Assembly (NCBI RefSeq): GCF_001194135.2
Contig: NC_068982.1
Span: forward strand, 59,097,270-59,161,037
Origin: Octopus bimaculoides
Taxonomy: Eukaryota
Length of the DNA stretch: 63,768 nt
Reading direction: 5' to 3'
Numbering within the stretch: the stretch's first letter is position 1; each line of letters opens with the position of its first letter. Positions 13,804 through 24,654 of this stretch are shown here, in pieces. The position numbers were made by a program, and so were the translations under genes. Under the pieces are notes generated by a model. The model made no database searches. It saw only the letters and a list, made by a program, of their open reading frames with translations, and had not been told where the DNA came from.

Positions 13804-14027
13804 ATTCTTTTCTACTCTAGGCACAAGGCCTGAAATGTTTGGGAAGTGGGGGGGGGGCAGTCGATTGGATCGACCCCAGTACACAACTGGTACTTAATTT
13901 ATCGACCCCCTGAAAGGATGAAAGGCAAAGTCGACCTCAGCGGAATTTGAACTCAAAACATAAAGACAAATGAAAAACCGCTAAGCATTTCAACCAGCGT
14001 GCTAACGTTTCTGCCAGTTCACCACCT
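13804..14027 (-). mobile_element. tRNA-derived SINE-B, full length with 14-bp TSD
   Basis: Core GACCCCCTGAAAGGATGAAAGGCAAAGTCGACC. Perfect flanking duplication TACAAATTTTATAC at 13790-13803 and 14028-14041. Confidence 0.9.
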
Positions 14028-14074
14028 TACAAATTTTATACGTTAAGAAAAAGAAAGTAGGTAGGATTTAGATA

Positions 14075-14530
14075 AAAGCTATTTATTTATTTAGTGCTTT
14101 CATCCTTTTCAGGGATTCATCATGAATAATTCCTTATAGAAAATTCATACCTTTTCTATATATGTGGGTTAGTCAGGAAGAAGAAAAAAACCTGGAGTTG
14201 TATTTGTTTCCTTGGGTTTTGGAAAGAAGATTCTTTGGGGGCAGTTATTTGATGTGTTCTTTGTCATTTTGATTCTATACTTGTGTTTATATGTGTGTGT
14301 AAGCATGAGTGCGTGGTGAATTATTAAACAAAGAGGAAGAAAGAAAGAAGTGTTTTTCTGGGGTGGTTGAAACTGACAAAAGATCAACGAGGTCAAGTTT
14401 TTTGTTGATTGCAATAAATTTCTTTTAGTCATGGTGACCAAACATTTTTTGTCAGTTTTCATGTTGCCCAGCTGTAGAAAATAGAATCTATAGAATTATT
14501 TGGGAAGGCTTTTAAATGTGTGTGTCACGT
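14075..14530. mobile_element. Third copy (single arm) of foldback family F1
   Basis: Colinear with 7525-8040 (TATTTATTTAGTGCTTT...GGGATTCATCA...TGTATTTGTTTCCTTGGGTTTTGGAAAGA...TGCAATAAATTTCTTTT). Confidence 0.8.
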
Positions 14531-14599
14531 AGGAGGGGTGCACCTTTATTACTAATTCCCTACAACAGTTACAAGGATGTAAACAAACTTTCACCAGTT

Positions 14600-14812
14600 G
14601 TCAGCAGGCAAACACAAAGGAAAACACAAACACACACATACACATATACATAGACATGATGAGCTTCCACACAGTTTCCGTGTACCAAATTCACTCACAG
14701 TTCAGAGTTATAATAGAAGACACTTGCCAAAAGTGTCTTGCAGTAGAACCTGAATCTGAAACCATATGACTACATAGGGAGCTTCGTAATCACACAGTCA
14801 TGACTGCACCAG
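14600..14812 (-). mobile_element. SINE-A 5' half, decayed
   Basis: CAGTTTCCGTGTACCAAATTCACTCACA...GACACTTGCC...CCTGAATCTGAAACC. A similar partial copy lies at 11716-11892. Confidence 0.7.
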
Positions 14813-14857
14813 ACATAGTTCTCTGATAAAGGAGGTTATATATTTGGCATTAGGAAA

Positions 14858-15071
14858 CCCTTTCGATACCAACCTGGCTGAAACCACCTCTGCCTCTGTA
14901 GTACAAATGTCTTGTTTTCATAAGTTTTGAGTTAAAATCTTCCACCAAACCTTAGTCACAATTTATGTTCCTAATATTAGATAACCAAGTTATTTTATTA
15001 AATTCTTAGTTATTTTAAAAATTAATTGAAAGAAACACAGAACATCTCCAATAAATACAGTAACGAAAGGG
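14858..15071. mobile_element. piggyBac-type MITE (family P1)
   Basis: CCCTTTCG...CGAAAGGG termini with degenerate TTAA. Homologous to 27759-27982. Confidence 0.7.
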
Positions 15072-15149
15072 CTAAGAATAAGCAAATGTTCTGTTCTCTT
15101 AAGAATAAGCAAATGTTTTTTTATAGACTGAGGTTTGCTTAGTCTGATG

Positions 15150-15352
15150 TTGGTTTCAAATTTTGGCACAAGGCCAGCAATTTTAGGGGAGGGTTTAAGT
15201 CAGTTACATCAACCTCAGTATTCAACTGGTACTTATTTTATTGACCCCGAAAGGATGAAAGACTGAAAGACAAAGTTGGCCTTGGCAGAATTTGAACTCA
15301 GAACTGAAATACTGCTTAGCATTTTGCCCAGCATGCTAACAATTTTGCCAAC
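15150..15352 (-). mobile_element. SINE-B
   Basis: GGTTTCAAATTTTGGCACAAGGCCAGCAATTT tail and GACCCCGAAAGGATGAAAG core. Confidence 0.8.
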
Positions 15353-16254
15353 TTGCTGTCTTTACTTAGTCTTGTATTAAATGTGCAAATAAGGTTAAAA
15401 ATCACCTCACACCTTGTTCATGAAGTGTTGCCTACTTTGGACCTGTCATCACTCCATGTGCAAGATACTTTATTTCTAATAGCATTAATGTACTTTAAGT
15501 ATGTTTTTCAAAGCCTCAGTTCTGATAGAACATAACAAAAATTTCCAGTTTTTCCTTTAAATTGAAATATCACACATAAGGTGTATAAACAAAATACCTG
15601 AAACTTAATCCATAGTTTCCTCATTTATCTAAAGAAATATCATTTATATCTATTAATAAAGAGATCTTACACAAAATTTACTTTACAAACCAAACATCCG
15701 CAGAGCCAGATTGAAATTAAATGTCTTCACTTTTACTTCTGCCATCTTGACAGTTTTCTTTTCTTTTCTCTTCATAAAACTTAAATTTCAACATGTGAAA
15801 AAAACGAATGAATACATAAATAAATAATAAAAGTAATAAAACCTTGAAAAAGAATACGGTCACTTCCTTTCAGTCAAGTGCAGAACCAGAAATATGAATG
15901 TGAAAATAAACTAGGAAACCCCAGAAATATGCCAAATATTTATGACCACACTAAATTAACAAATTATTCTGTATATGCCTATATTAAGCAAAAAGCATGA
16001 GCAACATCAGTAATGGCAACAATTGATATGACACATGAGTCACTGGGTGTTTCTCTAAGATGTTGCTCAACAAGCTAGAAACAGCAGCCAAATCACCTTA
16101 AAAAATGGAAGAACTCATGAAATGTCAGAAAAACAAGTTGGTCACAGCTGGAATGCTTTTAGACACAAATTTGATGAATCAGGTTTAATCAGAGTTAATC
16201 CATTAGCGTTAAGATTACTCAGTCAAACGCAATGCTTACTTATTCATATTCATT

Positions 16255-16460
16255 GTCGTCATCACCATCTAACATGCTGGTATGGGTTGGATGGCTTGAC
16301 TGGAACTAGCAAGGCCTGGGGACAAACTGGGTGCCATAGTCTGTTTAGGCTTGGTTTCTACAGGTGGTACCCTTCCTAATGCCGACCATTTCACAGAGTG
16401 TACTGGGTGCTTTTTACATGAGACCATCACCAGTGCCTTTCATGTGGCACCAGCGCCTAC
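16255..16460 (-). mobile_element. RTE 3' UTR-derived repeat (family C)
   Basis: CATGCTGGTATGGGTTGGATGG...CCTTCCTAATGCCGACCATTTCACAGAGTGTACTGGGTGC. Other minus copies lie at 26757-27010, 41090-41255 and 43860-44030. Confidence 0.75.
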
Positions 16461-16516
16461 ACCAATGCTTATTAGCAATTTATTAGCAATTTAACAACCT
16501 AAAGGCAAATTTACAA

Positions 16517-16905
16517 ACGTCACTAAAGTGACAGAGGGTACAAAGTGGTACTGGTATTGCTAGAAATAAGTGTCAAAATGACTCATTAGCCACAAAAGCA
16601 CTATTTCAATAAGCTGACAAGGGAGACAAAGCTCACTACAGTTGAAGATATAGCCATATCACTAGTTGATTTCGAATCTTGATGCAGAACATCTTAACTT
16701 TCATCAGTGGCTTTTACTGCACCTAGGGTTAAACTCAACTCACCTCATCATCTTATAAGAAAAACTGTTGAAAACGTGCCAATTTCAAAAACGGTAGAAG
16801 TCTCCCTTGTCAGCTTAAGATACCACTCTGGTGGCTAATGAGTCGTTTTGACTTATTTCTAGCAATGCCAGTACCACTTTGTATCCTCTGTCACTTTAGT
16901 GACGT
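16517..16905. mobile_element. Foldback element with about 110-bp inverted arms enclosing a hammerhead motif
   Basis: 16517-16627 (ACGTCACTAAAGTGACAGAGGGTACAAAGTGGTACTGG...GCTGACAAGGGAGAC) is the reverse complement of 16800-16905. A diverged arm copy lies at about 63315-63410. Confidence 0.85.
16652..16712 (-). ncRNA. Type I hammerhead ribozyme candidate, near-complete
   Basis: The minus strand reads AGCCA-CUGAUGA-AAGUUAAGAUG-uucug-CAUCAAGAUUC-GAA-AUCA-acuag-UGAU-A-UGGCU. Stem I has 5 bp, stem III 4 bp, and the core is intact with an AUA site. Stem II is imperfect with an A.C at its base. Confidence 0.7.
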
Positions 16906-16924
16906 CTATATATATATATATATA

Positions 16925-17694
16925 TATATAGTTTTAGGGAAAATAACCAAGTTTCAAGAACTCATTGATGAAAATCCACTATCACATATAGAAAAATTAA
17001 CAATTAAAAGCACAATAAATGAGTATAATATAAAGCAAAGTAAATATCATAAGATAAATATAATAAAATGATTACACGTGTTTCATAACTAATTTTCAAA
17101 TAGAAAGGAAATTTAAATCGATTAAAATCAATTGAAATTATCGAAAACTAAATTCTATTCAAAAATATAGCTAATCGTCAGATCTTAAGTAGAACAATAA
17201 TTAGATATATATATCTCGACCAACAATAAGTACCAAATGAATTAATNNNNNNNNNNNNNNNNNNNNNNNNNNNNNNNNNNNNNNNNNNNNNNNNNNNNNN
17301 NNNNNNNNNNNNNNNNNNNNNNNNNNNNNNNNNNNNNNNNNNNNNNNNNNNNNNNNNNNNNNNNNNNNNNNNNNNNNNNNNNNNNNNNNNNNNNNNNNNN
17401 NNNNNNNNNNNNNNNNNNNNNNNNNNNNNNNNNNNNNNNNNNNNNNNNNNNNNNNNNNNNNNNNNNNNNNAAATTATCTTTGTTTTAAATACAATTTGAA
17501 TGAAGTTTAAGTTTAAAATAATAATGAAGATAAAATTAGTACATATTTAACCGGTGTAATAGTTAAAGCTATACTATTTAAAGCTAAAAATGTTTATTTA
17601 ATTATCATTAAAAATCAATTAATTTTTCTATATGTGATAGTGGATTTTCATCGATGAGTTCTTGAAACTTGGTTATTTTCCCTAAAACTATATA
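16925..17694. mobile_element. AT-rich element with 70-bp near-perfect inverted termini embedded in (TA)n, with a gap inside
   Basis: GTTTTAGGGAAAATAACCAAGTTTCAAGAACTCAT(T/C)GATGAAAATCCACTATCACATATAGAAAAATTAA at 16931-17000 and, inverted, at 17619-17688, with one mismatch. Confidence 0.8.
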
Positions 17695-17799
17695 TTTTGT
17701 ATATATTTTATCTATAAAGCTCAATTTAATTTTAATTTTTTATAAATTGATTTTAATTGAGTTTTTACCTGTAATTTTGGATTTTGTCCCTAATATTAT

Positions 17800-17830
<31 letters not shown>

Positions 17831-17834
17831 GTGA

Positions 17835-17925
17835 TGGTGCATGGCTCAGTGGTTAGAGCATCATGCTCAGTCATGTGTTTGATTCCTATACTGGGTTGCA
17901 TGCTGTGTTCTTGAGCTAGACACAT
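17835..17925 (+). mobile_element. SINE-D head fragment
   Basis: GGTGCATGGCTCAGTGGTTAGAGC (A box)...TTGTGTTCTTGAGC. Confidence 0.65.
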
Positions 17926-18156
17926 GATGATGATGGTAGTGGTGGTGGTGACGATGGTGACAATGATGGTGTTGATGATGATGATGATGATTATGATGCT
18001 GATAGGGATGATGATGATGTTATATCTTTCAAATGTGCCATTAAATTAAAAGTTTCGAAATAAATCATTAAGTTCTCCATTTGTTACGAATCAGAAAGAA
18101 AAATCCCCAGTATTTGAAAAATGGTATGAAAGACACAAACAGTCTATCCCTTATAT

Positions 18157-18414
18157 CAGTAGTTCCCAAACTTTTTCAGGCTGCTGCTCCCTCGGCACCC
18201 AGGCCACATCCCTAGTGCCCTTCCCCCTCCCCACCACAGATATAGTCCACTTTCAGTGACAATTTCAAAACAACTGTATTTCACAAGTAAAACTTAAACC
18301 TAATTAACTAATCAATATTTTTTTTACATCTCTCACCCCCATTATCATCCCACTTTTCTTCAACGCCCCCCATCCTCCTCTGGGTCTTTCCACTGCCCCC
18401 TTTGGGAAGCACTG
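18157..18414. mobile_element. hAT (Charlie/Buster-type) MITE
   Basis: TIRs CAGTAGTTCCCAAA and TTTGGGAAGCACTG. 8-bp TSD CCTTATAT/CCTTAAAT with central TA. Confidence 0.85.
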
Positions 18415-18550
18415 CCTTAAATGAAGCCCTTCTCTCACTCTCACTGTAAGTCTCTAAGAATGGTTATAATCTACACAGAAAATAGGGGAAAAGAATTCCA
18501 GCAAAACTTTCTTATAAGCATAACTGAATATTGCAAGAATCTGCTTAATT

Positions 18551-18722
18551 TAGGGGTCAATGGGACCATTCAAAGGGTCGATAAATGCACATCTACTTAT
18601 TATTATTATTTATTAATTTATTTTCTTGTACAGGCCTGGGGGTCGATGAGGGGTCAAGGACTCGATGAGGGGTCAAGGACTCTATGAAGTGGTCAATGCT
18701 CTAAAAAGTTTAGGGACCCCTG
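18551..18722. mobile_element. hAT MITE
   Basis: Termini TAGGGGTC and GACCCCTG. 8-bp TSD GCTTAATT/GCTTAACT. Internal 19-bp tandem duplication GATGAGGGGTCAAGGACTC. Confidence 0.75.
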
Positions 18723-18769
18723 GCTTAACTGAATGTTGAGAAAAGTCATTTTGACTCTAGGTGTTTTTA

Positions 18770-20110
18770 GAGGCAGAGGTGGCAATGGGATGAGTGGGGG
18801 TGGTAGTGGTGGTGGTTGTGACAACGGGGTGGGTGGTGTGGGTGGTGTGGGTGGCAGTGAGGTGGGTGGTGAATGAGGCAGATGGTGGAGGTGTTGGTGG
18901 TGATGGTGGCAGTGGTATTTGTGGAGGTGGTAGTTGTGGCAGTAGTGCTGGTTGTAATGGTGAGGGTATCAAATGTGGTGGTGGTAGTGGTGGTTATGGT
19001 AGTTCAAGGGAGTGGCAGTTGGGTTAGTGAGAGGAGTTGTGTTAGTGTCAGATTTGGAATAACGTAGTGGTGGCAATGTCAATACTAGAAGTGGCAGAAA
19101 GTGGTGGTATGGGACTAGTGGTGGTAGTAAAAGTGGGGTGGTAGTGGTGTTTGTGGTGAAAGTGGTGGTGGTGGTAGTGGTGGTAATGGTGGTGTGGTAG
19201 TCATGGCGGTTGTGATTGTGGTGGTAATGGTGATGGTGGGGGGTAACGGTGGTGCTGGTTGTGGTAGTGGTGGTAATGGTGATGGTGGGGGNNNNNNNNN
19301 NNNNNNNNNNNNNNNNNNNNNNNNNNNNNNNNNNNNNNNNNNNNNNNNNNNNNNNNNNNNNNNNNNNNNNNNNNNNNNNNNNNNNNNNNNNNNNNNNNNN
19401 NNNNNNNNNNNNNNNNNNNNNNNNNNNNNNNNNNNNNNNNNNNNNNNNNNNNNNNNNNNNNNNNNNNNNNNNNNNNNNNNNNNNNNNNNNNNNNNNNNNN
19501 NNNNNNNNNNNNNNNNNNNNNNNNNNNNNNNNNNNNNNNNNNNNNNNNNNNNNNNNNNNNNNNNNNNNNNNNNNNNNNNNNNNNNNNNNNNNNNNNNNNN
19601 NNNNNNNNNNNNNNNNNNNNNNNNNNNNNNNNNNNNNNNNNNNNNNNNNNNNNNNNNNNNNNNNNNNNNNNNNNNNNNNNNNNNNNNNNNNNNNNNNNNN
19701 NNNNNNNNNNNNNNNNNNNNNNNNNNNNNNNNNNNNNNNNNNNNNNNNNNNNNNNNNNNNNNNNNNNNNNNNNNNNNNNNNNNNNNNNNNNNNNNNNNNN
19801 NNNNNNNNNNNNNNNNNNNNNNNNNNNNNNNNNNNNNNNNNNNNNNNNNNNNNNNNNNNNNNNNNNNNNNNNNNNNNNNNNNNNNNNNNNNNNNNNNNNN
19901 NNNNNNNNNNNNNNNNNNNNNNNNNNNNNNNNNNNNNNNNNNNNNNNNNNNNNNNNNNNNNNNNNNNNNNNNNNNNNNNNNNNNNNNNNNNNNNNNNNNN
20001 NNNNNNNNNNNNNNNNNNNNNNNNNNNNNNNNNNNNNNNNNNNNNNNNNNNNNNNNNNNNNNNNNNNNNNNNNTGGTGGTGGTGGTGGTGGTGGTTGTGT
20101 AGGTGATGGT
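18770..20110. repeat. Degenerate (GGT)n-rich low-complexity tract spanning a gap
   Basis: Direct reading. It is the source of the Gly/Val/Pro/Thr-rich ORFs. Confidence 0.9.
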
Positions 20111-20186
20111 GGGAGTGTCAAGGACAGCAATAATTATAAAGAAAAAACAAACTAAGAGAATAGGGATTAGAAGGATATAGAGAATC

Positions 20187-20217
<31 letters not shown>

Positions 20218-20620
20218 GTTTCAAATTTTGTCACAAGGGCAGCAATTTTGGGGGAGGGGATGAGTTGATTATCGACCCCCAGTGTTCAACTGGTACCTAT
20301 TTTATTGACCCCGAAAGGATGAAAGGCAAAGTCGACCAATAATAATAATCCTTTCTATTATATGCACAAGGCCTGGAATTTGCGAGGGGATAGTCGATTT
20401 CATTGACCTCTGTGGTCAACTAATATTTATTTCATTGACACTGAAAGGACAAGAAGCAATGTCAATCTCAGCAGAATTTGGACTCAGAACATAAAAATGG
20501 GCAAAATGCTACCTCAGCATTTTGTCCAACATGCTAAAAGTCCAGCCAGTTTTATAGTAATAATAGTAATAATAATAATAATAGTAATAATAATGTAATA
20601 GCAATAATAATAATAATAAT

Positions 20621-20855
20621 GTCTTAGGTATAATAAAAAAATATTCAGACAAATACATAACAAAAACACCAGGACTTACAAATATATATAACATACAGAA
20701 AATTGCACTACTGGGCACTGCACACATCCTACGCAAAACACTTTCAATACAGTAACCATAAGAGCATCACAGCAAACCACAGCACATACCCAAGGCACAC
20801 AGAGCTGTGCTCGGTAGTGAAGTGAAAGCACGTTATAAAAATAAAACTACTGAAT
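20621..20855 (+). mobile_element. R4/Dong-like (RLE) LINE 3' end within (TAA)n
   Basis: Open frame LGIIKKYSDKYITKTPGLTNIYNIQKIALLGTAHILRKTLSIQ* (stop 20753-55) matches the QK.ALLGTA.ILR..L C-terminus of R4/Dong. TAA repeats flank both sides. Confidence 0.8.
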
Positions 20856-20865
20856 AATAATAATG

Positions 20866-20918
<53 letters not shown>

Positions 20919-21419
20919 TTCTACTATAGGCACAAGGCCTGAAATTTTGGAAGAAAGGGATAGTCAATTACATCGATCTCAGTACTCATCTCGTACTTAC
21001 TTTATTGATCCTAACAGGATGAAAGGCAAAGTCAACCTCAGCGTAATTTGACTTTAGAATGTAAAGATGAACGAAATGCCACTAAGCATTTTGCCAGGCA
21101 TGTTAACAATTCTGCGAGCTTGCCACCCTATTAATAATAATAATAATAATGGTTTCAAATTTTGCCACAAGGGCAGTAATTCTGGGGAAGTTGATGAGTT
21201 GATTGCATTGACCCCAGAGTTCAACTGGCACTTATTTTATTGACCCCTTGGCAGAATTTGAACGCAGAATGTAGCGATGGGCGAAATACCGCTAAGCATT
21301 TCATCCGGCATGCTAACAATTCTGCCAACTCACCACCCTACTACTACTACTACTACTAATAATAATAATAAGTACAAAATAGCCCAGCTATGGAAAATGA
21401 AGATGGTGAAAATAGTGCC

Positions 21420-21725
21420 GATTATTGTTGAGGTTGTTGCCAGTGCCGCTGGACTGGCTCCCATGCAGGTGGCACATAAAAAACACCTTTCTGAGCGTGG
21501 CTGTTGCCAGTACCGTGTGACTGGCCCTCGTGCCGGTGGCATGTAAAAGCACCCACTACACTCTCAGAGTGGTTGGTGTTAGAAAGGGCATCCAGCTGTA
21601 GAAACTCTGCCAAATCAGATTGGAGCTTGGTGTAGCCATCTGGTTCACCAGTCCTCAGTCAAATCACCCAACCCATGCTAGCATGGAAAGCGGACGTTAA
21701 ACGATAATGATGATGATGATGATGA
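21420..21725 (+). mobile_element. RTE 3' UTR-derived repeat (family C)
   Basis: GGCATGTAAAAGCACCCACTACACTCTCAGAGTGGTTGGTGTTAGAAAGGGCATCCAGCTGTAGAAAC...GGACGTTAAACGATAATGATGATG. Confidence 0.85.
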
Positions 21726-21726
21726 C

Positions 21727-21980
21727 TTGGAGACAGTGTCAGAAGGAATCAAAAGAAACATAGAGGAAATCAGAATAGAGTGCCTCGTAGAGCTGATACA
21801 AAAGGTTTGCCTCCTTAGCAAGGCCAGAATAATCAGGAAAGTATTAGATAGTTGAAAAGAACAGATAGCATGGTACCATAGGCTGCAGGTAGCAAGCCTG
21901 CTATGCATGCAAGAGACCGAGAGTTCCAACAAAACCTGAGTTAAAAAGAAAAAGAACAGCAACAGCAACAACAACAACAA
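21727..21980 (+). mobile_element. Second R4/Dong-like LINE 3' end (different family)
   Basis: LETVSEGIKRNIEEIRIECLVELIQKVCLLSKARIIRKVLDS*, followed by a (CAA)n-like tail. Confidence 0.7.
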
Positions 21981-23066
21981 AATACAGAAAAACTAAGAGG
22001 CTATACCAACTTAGTTGCTGAATTAAAACATTATGGCAACTAAGGATTGTGTATATCATTCCATTTGTTATTGGCATATCTGTAATGATATGCAACCTTT
22101 TCTGTAAAGAAACTAACACTGACTTGTAATTAAACATGCACTATCTCAGCATATGTACATTAGAAATTCTACGAAAATAGACAGACAATTGTTTGGGTAT
22201 TGTCACACAGAAGTTGTTTACTTTGGACATATCTGTTAACCTTGAATAATTTTATGTATGTTTTGTTTTCTAAGGTGTATCTAATTCTTGTTTTAATAAA
22301 GGAAAACGCTTAACATATCGGCAAACCAAATATTTTCCAAAAGGCAGCAACTACAAAAATAATATCAACAATAATAACAACAATAGTCTCAAGTTTTTTG
22401 CAGAAGACCAGCAATTTTATGAAGAGGAAAGTTTGTTGATTATAGTGACCCAAGTATTTGACTGATACTTTATATTCTTGGCCCCTGAAAAAGGAAAGTA
22501 AAGTTAATCCCAGCAGGATTTGAATTCAGAACATGAAGAGACAGAAGAAATGCTACAAAGATTTTTCTACAATGCAGTAACAATTCTGTCAGCTTATTCC
22601 CTTAACAATGGTTACAAATTTTAGCACAAGGCCAAAAATTTCAGGGGAGGGGGAAAGTCAGTTACTTCGACCCCAGGGTTCAGTTGATACTTATTTATTT
22701 TATCAACTCTGAAAGTATGAAAGGCAAAGTTGACCTTGCTGTAATTTGAACTCAGAACGTAAAGATGGACGAAATGCTGCTATGCATTATACCCAGCATC
22801 TTAACAGTTCTGCCAGCTTGCCACTTTATGACAATAGAAATAATAATAATCCTTTCTAATTTTTTTTTTTTTGGGGGGGGGGGAGGGGTGGTTAAGCCAA
22901 TTACATCGACTCCAATACTCAAGTGATACTTAATTCACTGACCCTGAAAGGAAGAAAGGCAAAATCGACCTTGATGGAATTTGAACTCAGAATGCAAAGA
23001 TGGCAAAAATACTGTTATGCATTTTGCCCTACATGCTAATGATTCTACTATCTCACTACCTTAATG

Positions 23067-23098
<32 letters not shown>

Positions 23099-23304
23099 TT
23101 CTACAATAGGCACAAGGCCTGAAATTTTGGAAGAGGGAGTAAGTCGATTACATTGATCTCAATACTCGATTGGCACTTATTTTATCAACATGAAAAAGAT
23201 GATAGGCAAAGTTGACCTCAGCAGAATTTGAACTCAAAACTTATAAGCAGGGATTGGTGAATAGAATTTTATTCATGTCAAACTGACCACACTCACATCC
23301 ATCC

Positions 23305-23372
23305 TCATATTGCCTCTTCCAAAGAAGAGAACTTATCTCTTATTCTATGTTGCAGGCATTTCTTTCAGAATG
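23305..23372 (-). CDS. Candidate coding exon (phase 1 start, ends in TGA), unknown protein
   Basis: ttattgtag|TC ATT CTG...GCA ATA TGA reads (V)ILKECLQHRIRDKFSSLEEAI*. A GTGAGT donor lies 8 nt after the stop. Only this frame is open. No homology is recognised. Confidence 0.25.
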
Positions 23373-24054
23373 ACTACAATAACAATGATGATGATGATGT
23401 TGATGACAACAACAACGACAACAACAACAGTAATAATAATAATTGCATTTTAATTATCAGACTTTTGACAGTGTCAGGAACCAATTCCTATTTCAAAAAT
23501 GTTCAAGGGAAATTTTCAGGGTCTTTTTTTTTTAAATGTTTATGATAGAATGGTGAAATCTATTTATTTATTTGTTTATTTATTTAATAATTTCTTCCTT
23601 CAGATTGATTATATTTTTATTGCAGATAATGGACATAGGGTACTTCAGAGAGGAATACCTAAAGACAGACAAGACAACAAAAGGGTGTCTTCTGCAGTCT
23701 TCATGCATGTGTGTGTGTGTGTGTGTGTGTGTGTGCCACTGAGATCTTGCATGTAGTTCTCTGTACATTTGTGTGTGATGATGATGATTATGATGGGGGT
23801 GGGGAGCATGGCTTTTGAGCCTGTATATGTGTGAATGTGTGTACATGAGTGCAGTTGGAAAGAGAGTGAAAGAGAGAGAGAGGGGGGAGGTGATGGAACA
23901 GTAAAGCATGCAAAAGATATTAAAAAAAAAAAAGCAAACAAAACAAGGACCAAACAAGTCAGCAAAAACAACTATAGAAGTAATAATAACAACAACAACA
24001 ACAACATGAACAGCAACAAGATGGTGGGGGGGGGGAACAATAGCAGCATCATGA

Positions 24055-24300
24055 ACTAAAAATAAATAAAAATCTGTGACAATATTTTGAAATTTATCAG
24101 TTGGAGAAAGTAAGTTTGGAGATTAAAAAATAAAAAAAATAAAAAAATGTAATAAAGTAAAATAAAATAAAATAAAAACGTTTTCCCATGAAATACATTT
24201 CAAAATAAAAAGTAAAAAAAAATATGAAGAAAATTGAAATAAAATTAAAATAAAATTTTAAAAAATACATGAAAATAAAGTAAAAAAGGCCCAAGAAAAA
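24055..24300. repeat. A-rich (AAAAT/AAAT)n low-complexity tract
   Basis: Direct reading. Confidence 0.85.
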
Positions 24301-24612
24301 TGGTTAGATTTGGCTTTAAGGAAAACATCTGCAGAAGGTTTTAATCAATACTGGCTTTTGAAGTATTTCATAATATGTGTAGGATGGAGAATATGATAGT
24401 GTGTTTCACTGTGGTAATAGGGAAATTTAGGGAATGTATGTATATGTGTGTGTATATGTGTGTGGTATATGCATGTGGGTGTGATTGTATATGTGTATGT
24501 TTCTGTTAGGGATGTAAAAGGTTTGTGCATGTATTTGGTGGTTACATGCATGTACATGTATATTTGTAAATACATACATATATATATACATGTATGTCCG
24601 TATATATATAAA

Positions 24613-24654
<42 letters not shown>

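Larger units (their letters stand above)
20214..23240 (-). mobile_element. Nest of eight same-orientation SINE-B copies separated by (TAA)n
   Basis: Approximate copies at 20214, 20350, 20917, 21150, 22383, 22608, 22850 and 23098. Each begins on the plus strand with CCTTTCTACTATAGGCACAAGGCCTGAAATTT or GGTTTCAAATTTTG(C/T)CACAAG after a TAA run. Confidence 0.85.

Noticed and set aside
12820-15118. Short tandem duplications (20 bp at about 12830-12870; 18 bp at about 15073-15118)
   Set aside because: They are ordinary slippage-type duplications in AT-rich DNA.
15405-15525. Strong minus-strand acceptor (tttttgttatgttctatcag)
   Set aside because: All three frames hit stops before any good donor.
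17640-17680. TCGATGAG...GAAAC resembling a hammerhead core
   Set aside because: It reads UCGA rather than CUGA and has no stem I. It is a short palindrome (TCATCGATGA) within a terminal repeat.
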